A DNA stretch of 64,000 nt from Candidatus Angelobacter sp. (GTDB lineage Bacteria; Acidobacteriota; Terriglobia; Terriglobales; Acidobacteriaceae). Of the stretch, positions 57,720 through 64,000 are shown piece after piece (the first letter of the stretch is position 1; every line of letters begins with the position of its first letter). The translations under genes were made by a program, and so were the position numbers. The notes beneath the pieces are model-generated. The model was not told the DNA's origin, made no database searches, and saw nothing but the letters and a program-made list of their open reading frames with translations. Location: positions 2,068-66,067 of the forward strand of contig DATGHX010000052.1 of assembly GCA_035307585.1 (NCBI GenBank), read 5' to 3'.

Positions 57720-58379
57720 ATGAAAACCGCAGCCTCCAAAAAACCCATCATTCGCATAGCTGTGGTGGAGAGCGATCCCTTGCGGTTCATTGGACTGAAG
57801 TCGCTCTTCGACACCGAACCGGATCTGGAACTGATCTCCTGCTCGCTCGCCGAACTCGGGCCGCGGCGCGATGTGGATCTGGTGCTCCTGGGAACGCGTG
57901 CCGGCCAGAATCTTTTTGACGTGATGGCGGGACTGAAAGCCGCCCGCCCCGACCTGCGCATCATCGTGACCGGAAGCGGCGCCGACGACGAGACTATCCT
58001 GAAGGCGCTCGCAGCAGGAGCCAAGGGTTACGTGGATGAAGCCGCCTCGCCCGCTGAATTCGTTCAGGCCATCCGCAACGTTCATCAGGGCTCGGTGTGG
58101 GCGCCGCGACGCGTCCTTTCCATCTTCATCGAGCGCGTTACATCCTCTCCCGGCCGCATTTTTCCTGCCGGCCGCGTAACCTTCACCGATCGCGAAAAAG
58201 AAGTTCTGGAACTGCTTGTGGCCGGGCGTTCCAACAAGGAAATCGGTTCGGTACTGGGCATTGAAGAGCGTACCGTCAAGGCCCACGTAGCCAAACTCAT
58301 GCGCAAAGTTGGAGTGCAGAACCGCATCGCGCTCTCTGTGCATGCCATCACCCATTCTCTCGTCACCTCGTCGAAATAG
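57720..58379 (+). CDS. LuxR/NarL-family response regulator with atypical receiver
   Basis: ATG at 57720 preceded by GGAAGGAG. C-terminal REKEVLELLVAGRSNKEIGSVLGIEERTVKAHV (LuxR HTH). The receiver has LVLLGTRAG where the phospho-acceptor Asp is expected. Confidence 0.8.
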   Translation: MKTAASKKPIIRIAVVESDPLRFIGLKSLFDTEPDLELISCSLAELGPRRDVDLVLLGTRAGQNLFDVMAGLKAARPDLRIIVTGSGADDETILKALAAGAKGYVDEAASPAEFVQAIRNVHQGSVWAPRRVLSIFIERVTSSPGRIFPAGRVTFTDREKEVLELLVAGRSNKEIGSVLGIEERTVKAHVAKLMRKVGVQNRIALSVHAITHSLVTSSK

Positions 58380-58953
58380 CCCGGTTCTGTTCGCACAAAT
58401 CCGAAGAACGTTCCGGCGAGCGACTTTCATCGGCCCGCGGGGTTCATTCAGGCAGCAGGATGTTCGCGTGCCTGGCGACTTGTGTCCCGGTAACTCGCGC
58501 AGCAGATGGTCTGGCCGGCGTCCCCATATTTATGTCCGCAATCGTGAACAGGAAATTCGCAGCCGTGCCCTCTCATCTTCCGGCCCCGCCGCAATCCAGA
58601 CTTGCCGGCACTTCTGAGGGCCGCCGCCCTCCCGCGCATGCCTGGTACTACGGTACTTTTGTCCCTTTAGCCGCCCCGCGCGCGAGAACGGACATACCAC
58701 TGGTCCGGTGCACTTTAGGTACATGTCCGGATTGCCCTGCCCATGTGGCACTGGGGTTACTTGTTCCACGCAGCAATCAGGACCATACTCCTCTCACCTA
58801 CCACAGAACCTGGGAGACAGGGGTTGGAGGCGGTAACGAGGGTCGCCGCATCCAACCCTTCATTCTTTTTCCGGTAATCGATATCCCGCCGCTTCTGTCA
58901 CCATTACAATCCATTCCAGGAGCTCGTTTAGCCCGGCTCCACCTGAGGTCTCA

Positions 58954-59799
58954 ATGACGCGACGCTTAGCCGCTGTTCTTTTCGCACTCCTGTTCTCGTC
59001 TTTCTCGTTTGCCGACGACGCAGCTCATCGCGCCGAATCCGCCGCCACCATCCTCAACGAAATCATGTCCGCTCCTGACAAAGGCATTCCCGAAGAAGTT
59101 CTAGGTTCGGCCAAATGTGTTGCTGTTGTGCCCACCTTGCTCAAAGGAGGATTCGTCTTCGGCGGCGCTCACGGCAGAGGCATGGCCACTTGCCGGACGG
59201 CTGAAGGCTGGAGCGCGCCGGCGCCTTTCACCATGACCGGCGGCTCGTTCGGGCTGCAGATCGGATTGCAGGGAGTTGACCTGGTCATGCTGATCATGAA
59301 CCAGCGCGGCATGCAGGCCCTGCTCTCCAGTCACTTCAAGATCGGAGCCGATGCCTCGGCGGCTGGCGGCCCTGTGGGGCGCCATGCTGAAGCCGCCACC
59401 GACTGGACCATGCGCTCGGAGGTCCTCACCTACTCACGTGCCCGCGGCCTGTTTGCCGGCGTGACCATCAATGGCGCCGTGGTGCGCCAGGATGAAGATT
59501 CCACTCGCGAACTCTACGGCCGCCTGATTCCTTTCAAGAGCATCCTGACCGGCGCTGTGCCCACTCCTCAGGGCGGCGAACCCTTCGTTGCCGCCGTGCG
59601 CAAAGCCGTGGGCAGTGAAACCTATGCCCCTCCGGCCGCACGTAAGACGAATGTTCCCGTAAACCCGCCGCCCGCCAGTTCCGCTCCTCCGCCACAGCCG
59701 GCTCCTCCGGCTACGGCTCCCGCCCAGCCGACACCGGCCGCCTCACCGACTCCGCCGCTGGCCGCGGTTCACGAGCCTAAGCAGCTCTTCAGGAGTTGA
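58954..59799 (+). CDS. SYLF (Ysc84/DUF500) lipid-binding domain protein with Pro/Ala-rich tail
   Basis: Signal peptide, then AKCVAVVPTLLKGGFVFGGAHGRG...GGSFGLQIGLQGVDLVMLIMN. The tail is NPPPASSAPPPQPAPPATAPAQP. Confidence 0.7.
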   Translation: MTRRLAAVLFALLFSSFSFADDAAHRAESAATILNEIMSAPDKGIPEEVLGSAKCVAVVPTLLKGGFVFGGAHGRGMATCRTAEGWSAPAPFTMTGGSFGLQIGLQGVDLVMLIMNQRGMQALLSSHFKIGADASAAGGPVGRHAEAATDWTMRSEVLTYSRARGLFAGVTINGAVVRQDEDSTRELYGRLIPFKSILTGAVPTPQGGEPFVAAVRKAVGSETYAPPAARKTNVPVNPPPASSAPPPQPAPPATAPAQPTPAASPTPPLAAVHEPKQLFRS

Positions 59800-59891
59800 T
59801 GCGGGATATTCAACGATCTTTTAATAGCCGTCCGATAACAATTTGCTGGACAAGCCGCCGCGCCTCATCGCTGGAGCCTGGTGCGCACCGG

Positions 59892-60437
59892 TTATTTCGG
59901 TTGCGGATGCGAATGCTCGTGGGTATGTTCTTTGGCGCCGTGTTCCGCATGCTCGTGCTGTTCCGCTTCTTCTTTATAAATCTCAGGATCACCCAGGCTG
60001 CCTTTCGCCGGCAGATGGCGCAGGAAGCGCACCATATTCCACATCTCTTCATCCGTCAGGATGCCCTTCCATCCCGGCATGCCCGAGGGCGCAATGCCGT
60101 TGGCGATGATCCACTTCAGCTGCCCGTCGGTGTAATCCTGCACGTCCTTCGACGCCAGGTTCGCCACCGGGGGTTCCATCTTAGTGGCAAACGGCACGCC
60201 GGTGTTCTGGCCGTCGAGCCCGTGGCAGATCTGGCAGTGATGTTGAAAGTGCTCTGCGCCTTCTTTCGCGACGTCTGGTGTGTCCGGCTGGGGGTTCTTA
60301 TCGTCTTTGCCGCCGATCGTGACCGCGTGCTTGATGTCGGTCATCACTGTCTTTTCAACGCCGCTGGGCGCCCCGGCTTTGCATCCGGCCAGCGCCAGCG
60401 CTACCGCCACAGCGGCAATACTTGCTTCGAGCTTCAT
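59892..60437 (-). CDS. lipoprotein c-type cytochrome (class I) with His/Glu-rich C-terminal tail
   Basis: ATG at 60437 preceded by AGGAG. Lipobox LALAGC, heme site CQICHG, and tail EEAEQHEHAEHGAKEHTHEHSHPQPK. Confidence 0.75.
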   Translation of the reverse strand: MKLEASIAAVAVALALAGCKAGAPSGVEKTVMTDIKHAVTIGGKDDKNPQPDTPDVAKEGAEHFQHHCQICHGLDGQNTGVPFATKMEPPVANLASKDVQDYTDGQLKWIIANGIAPSGMPGWKGILTDEEMWNMVRFLRHLPAKGSLGDPEIYKEEAEQHEHAEHGAKEHTHEHSHPQPK

Positions 60438-60609
60438 CTCTAATCTCCTGTTGTTGCGTCTGTTCATTAGATTGGTGACTGGTCATTTTACAAATAGAGT
60501 CATGCCGGCAGAAAAGGACACGACAATTCCGTACGTAATACGCAAGAACTGCGCACGTCGGATTTGAATTATTTCCGGGTGGATGGTACCGTCCAAGCTC
60601 CATCTCTGA

Positions 60610-61509
60610 ATGAGACACCGGCTTGAGTATCTTCCCGTATGGCTGCTGGCGGCCTTTCTTCGCGTGCTGCCTCGTCCGCTGTCGCGGGCCTTGGGCATGG
60701 TCACAGGGTTGGCCGCCTATCTTCTTTATGCCCGCCTGCGCCGCGTAGGCATGCGCAATCTCGATCTGGCTTTTCCCCGCCTGGGCCGTGCGGAGAAGAA
60801 GCGAATCCTGCGCGGCGTCTACATCAATCTTGGCCGCGTGCTCGCCGAGTTCAGTCTCTTCCCTCGTTACACCAAAGACAACGTCGGCCGCGTCGCCGTT
60901 TACGAAGGCTTCCAGAATTTCGCTGAAGCCCAGGCCCGCGGCAAGGGCGTGATCTTTCTTACCGCGCATCTCGGCGGATGGGAGGTCAGTTCCTTCGCGC
61001 ATTCGCTCTACGGCCATCCCATGGATATCGTGATGCGCCCCCTCGACAATCCCTACGTCGACGCGCTGGTCGACCGCTACCGCAGGCTGCACGGCAACCG
61101 CACCTTCCCCAAGCAGGACTTCGTTCGTGGATTGCTCAGCGCGCTGCGCAACGGCGAAACCGTGGGCATCCTCATGGATACCAACATGACTCCGCCCCAG
61201 GGCGCATTCGTCGATTTTTTCGGCGTGCCCGCCTGCACCGCCACCGGAATCGCTCGCGCTGCCCTCCATACTGACGCTGCCGTTTTGCCCGCCTTCGGCG
61301 TCTGGGATAAGCAGTTGCGCAAGTACAGGATCTGCTTCGAGCCGCCGCTGCAGCTGGTGCGTACCGGCGACGACGAAGCCGATGCCATCGCCAACACCGC
61401 CATGTTCACCAAGGTCATCGAAAGCTACGTGACTAAATATCCCGACCAGTGGCTGTGGGTGCACCGCCGCTGGAAGACCCGTCCGCCGGGCGAGCCTCCT
61501 ATTTATTAG
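60610..61509 (+). CDS. lipid A biosynthesis (LpxL/HtrB-type) lysophospholipid acyltransferase
   Basis: Carries the FLTAHLGGWE acyltransferase H-x4-(D/E) motif and a C-terminal YPDQWLWVHRRWK signature. Confidence 0.8.
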   Translation: MRHRLEYLPVWLLAAFLRVLPRPLSRALGMVTGLAAYLLYARLRRVGMRNLDLAFPRLGRAEKKRILRGVYINLGRVLAEFSLFPRYTKDNVGRVAVYEGFQNFAEAQARGKGVIFLTAHLGGWEVSSFAHSLYGHPMDIVMRPLDNPYVDALVDRYRRLHGNRTFPKQDFVRGLLSALRNGETVGILMDTNMTPPQGAFVDFFGVPACTATGIARAALHTDAAVLPAFGVWDKQLRKYRICFEPPLQLVRTGDDEADAIANTAMFTKVIESYVTKYPDQWLWVHRRWKTRPPGEPPIY

Positions 61510-61568
61510 GTGCGGCTTTGCTCGATGCGGAGGCCTCGTTTTCTACACGGCCGTCGCTTGGCCTCACA

Positions 61569-62993
61569 CTACCTCCCAGTACCGCCGGCCGATTTCGCTC
61601 CTTCCGGCGGCTCGAACTTCGGCGCCGCAAAGGGCAGCGTGTCCGGGTTGATGCGTACTGCTGTCGTAAACTTCAGCGGGTATTTGCCACCTCCTGCGAA
61701 CGTTAGTTCCACAAAATAAGCGCTCCAGCCTTTGGCGGGCTTCTCCACCTTGCCGACGTACACTCCGTGTCCCCGCTCCTGCAGCGTGGTCGAGGTATAA
61801 GCCGGCCCGATCGCCGCCAAACGAAAGTCGCGATGCTCGGGATTCGTCGCCTGCCACAGCTTGACTTCCGTTGGCTTATCGATGGTAGTCACGCGGATGG
61901 AGCCGTCATCTTCAAACTTCCAGGAAAACCGCGGCCGCGGCTGTTGACGCAGGAACGCGTCGTAATAGGCAATCAGCCCCTGGCGCGCGTCGGAATTCTT
62001 GAGCGAATGGTCGGTGTTGGGCACGTAGCGCAGGTACTTTTCGCCTTTCAGATCGTCGAAGTAGAAGCGCGACGAGTCGGGCAGAAAATACTGGTCGCCC
62101 GCCGAATTCACTATGTACTTGGGCATGGTCAGCCGGTCGCGATATTCGTACGGCTCTTCGATCTCCATCAGCTTGTGAAATTTCGGCGTGCCGTTCCACT
62201 TCATGATTCCCAGCTCTTCGTAATCTTTGACCGCCGGCGAGTAGAAACCGTAGGCGCGATAGTGGTGCTCGAACGACTTCTCGTTGTTGAGCAGGTCGAT
62301 CACCAGCGGCGCAATCGCCACCACGCGCTTGTCCACCGCCGCGGTGGTCCACGTGGTCCAGCCGCGCTTGGAGCCGCCGGCAACCATGAAGTGCTCGACT
62401 TTGATCTTGCCGCCCGCCTCTGACGCCATGAACTGCTGTACCGCGTCCATGGCCCGCACCGCCGATTTAGTCATGGGCAGCCGCGCCGGCCAAAGTTCAT
62501 TGCCGGTGCGCAGATACTTGTCCCAGGTATAGGCGATGATCTGGTCTTCCACCACCTCCGGCCGGGTGCCGTCGGGGAAGGTCAGCGGCTGGTTGGGCAC
62601 CATGCGCAACTCCGCTACCACCGAGTGCGTGGTCACCGCCATGTCTGAGATCAGCGAATCCACTTTCTCCGGCGCCTTGTCTTTGTTCGATCCGCCGGTG
62701 ATGTACAGAAACGCCGTCGTGAAGTTCACCTTGTCGGGCACCGCCACCGTCAGCCAGTGCTTCCACAGCGAGCGGTCGGCTTCCACTGGAGGCTTCCAGG
62801 TTTGCGAGGTCAGGTCCAGCACGTAAGCCTTGTAGCCCTCGCCGGGAATGGTGCCGGCCAGTTCGAACTTGTAGCTGGGATCGGGCGCGTGCACGTAGCG
62901 GTCGAGCGCCGTCTCTTTCGATGATGGCGCCGCCGCGAGCTGCAACACGATCGCGGCCAGCACCGGCAGGATGCGCAGGCGAAGTCGTTTCAT
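61569..62993 (-). CDS. PhoPQ-activated pathogenicity-related (PqaA-like) secreted protein
   Basis: Start at Met83 (MKRLRLRILPVLAAIVLQLAAAP, a signal peptide). AGGSKRGWTTWTTA motif recalled from the PhoPQ_related family. Confidence 0.55.
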   Translation of the reverse strand: MKRLRLRILPVLAAIVLQLAAAPSSKETALDRYVHAPDPSYKFELAGTIPGEGYKAYVLDLTSQTWKPPVEADRSLWKHWLTVAVPDKVNFTTAFLYITGGSNKDKAPEKVDSLISDMAVTTHSVVAELRMVPNQPLTFPDGTRPEVVEDQIIAYTWDKYLRTGNELWPARLPMTKSAVRAMDAVQQFMASEAGGKIKVEHFMVAGGSKRGWTTWTTAAVDKRVVAIAPLVIDLLNNEKSFEHHYRAYGFYSPAVKDYEELGIMKWNGTPKFHKLMEIEEPYEYRDRLTMPKYIVNSAGDQYFLPDSSRFYFDDLKGEKYLRYVPNTDHSLKNSDARQGLIAYYDAFLRQQPRPRFSWKFEDDGSIRVTTIDKPTEVKLWQATNPEHRDFRLAAIGPAYTSTTLQERGHGVYVGKVEKPAKGWSAYFVELTFAGGGKYPLKFTTAVRINPDTLPFAAPKFEPPEGAKSAGGTGR

Positions 62994-63210
62994 GCCCCGC
63001 CATTCTATCCGCCCGCCCGCTCTATCCGCAGCTGTCACTCCCAGTCTTTTGCCGGCAGCCTTGGCCTCGATACTCGGTTTGCGGATTCGGCTACAGTGCG
63101 CGTCCGCAGCCGCCCGCAGGCCGGTACTGTCTTCTCTTTGTTTTTCCCTTTGAACGGCCTGCGCGAGTTTGCAGCCCCGCCGCATAAGATTTCTTGCCGC
63201 CGCGGAAGTA

Positions 63211-63906
63211 TCAACTCCGTCGCGCCAGAGAGATGTCAACTGCGATCAATGCGCAAAACGGGACCAGCCCCACCGCCGACGGCCAGCGAACATGCAGCGC
63301 CGCGGTGATGCCTGCCGCTACGGCGTAGGAGAGAAACACCTCCGCCTGCAGGCTCATCGAGCGTTTGAGTCCCAATGTTGTCGTCTCCGCGTGAGTCCCA
63401 GTCCTTCGACGCAGCCCGTGCACCATTCCTGAGAACAAGCTGGTGATCGTCCCGGTGATGTACGTGGTAGCGATCCCGGGCAGCTTCAGCCGGCGCACCG
63501 CCGCGCTCTGCAGTCCCATGGCCAGCCCCGATGAGCCGATCATCAGAAGAACAATCGCCCGCAGGCTCAGGGCAGCCGGAGCAAACGCCGACATGGCGAA
63601 GAAAGCCAGGATGACTGTTTCCATCCACACCGCGCGCCGCACCGCGGCGGCCGCGCTCGCGCTCTCGCCTTCGCCTACAGCCAACGCTCCAAGAATCGCG
63701 CCCACAACGAAGGCGATCAGTGCGAGAAGGGAACTGACCACCGGCTCCGCCTTGGCCTGGCTGGCGGCGATACCCAGCAAAACCGTGTTGCCGGTCATGT
63801 TGGCGGTGAACACATGCGCGCTCAGGTACGTAATCGCGTCCACGCTGCCCGCCGCCCAGGTAAACAAAAGGATGGTCGACCGTCCGGGATTGGAGCTGCT
63901 TGTCAT
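63211..63906 (-). CDS. YoaK/DUF1275 family membrane protein
   Basis: GSVDAITYL...FTANMTGNTVLLGIA signature and about 6 TM helices. Confidence 0.75.
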   Translation of the reverse strand: MTSSSNPGRSTILLFTWAAGSVDAITYLSAHVFTANMTGNTVLLGIAASQAKAEPVVSSLLALIAFVVGAILGALAVGEGESASAAAAVRRAVWMETVILAFFAMSAFAPAALSLRAIVLLMIGSSGLAMGLQSAAVRRLKLPGIATTYITGTITSLFSGMVHGLRRRTGTHAETTTLGLKRSMSLQAEVFLSYAVAAGITAALHVRWPSAVGLVPFCALIAVDISLARRS

Positions 63907-64000
63907 TTTTTTTGCCGGCTAAGGCAAAGATTGTAACCTCAAGGTGTCTGGCTTCGGGCTCGGTGCTCAGTCGCACAAAATGCTAAGGAATTTCTGAGCA

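Noticed and set aside
58460-58957. 165-aa plus-strand ORF (and the 58448-58639 minus-strand ORF) in the gap before the SYLF gene.
   Set aside because: The sequence is Pro/Arg/Ala-rich with no SD and no motif, and it runs directly into the SYLF start. It is more likely a non-coding leader. A short Cys-rich frame on the minus strand (MRGHGCEFPVHDCGHKYGDAGQTICC...) was noted but has no support.

Overview
High-GC bacterial chromosome segment whose gene content best fits Acidobacteriota: three ADOP-type duplicated FtsX/MacB permeases (one behind a PadR regulator), an ECF sigma / anti-sigma / B-box / DUF4097 envelope cluster, and a PEP-CTERM-like tail. Core genes recognised from motifs include mutL, cmk, rbfA, nrnA, dps, a CheB-CheR fusion, succinate-semialdehyde dehydrogenase, a PLP-dependent decarboxylase, an LpxL-type acyltransferase and a c-type cytochrome. 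The main anomaly is a ~14.46-kb, visibly AT-richer island (20036-34499) inserted in the 3' end of tRNA-Asn(GUU). It is bounded by a perfect 53-bp direct repeat and has paired ACTTTAAGG repeats inside both ends. It carries a tyrosine integrase, a serine recombinase, an excisionase-type HTH and a minimal HUH Rep-like protein; most other ORFs have no motif I recognise. Two island loci look like candidates for undescribed defence-like systems. The first is an 851-aa PD-(D/E)xK nuclease / P-loop NTPase fusion between attL and int. The second is a three-gene cassette: a 436-aa unknown, an HTH-GIY-YIG nuclease and a 2-TM protein. All family calls come from motif recall, not database searches, and all functions are hypotheses. 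No rRNA, CRISPR array or complete prophage was seen.
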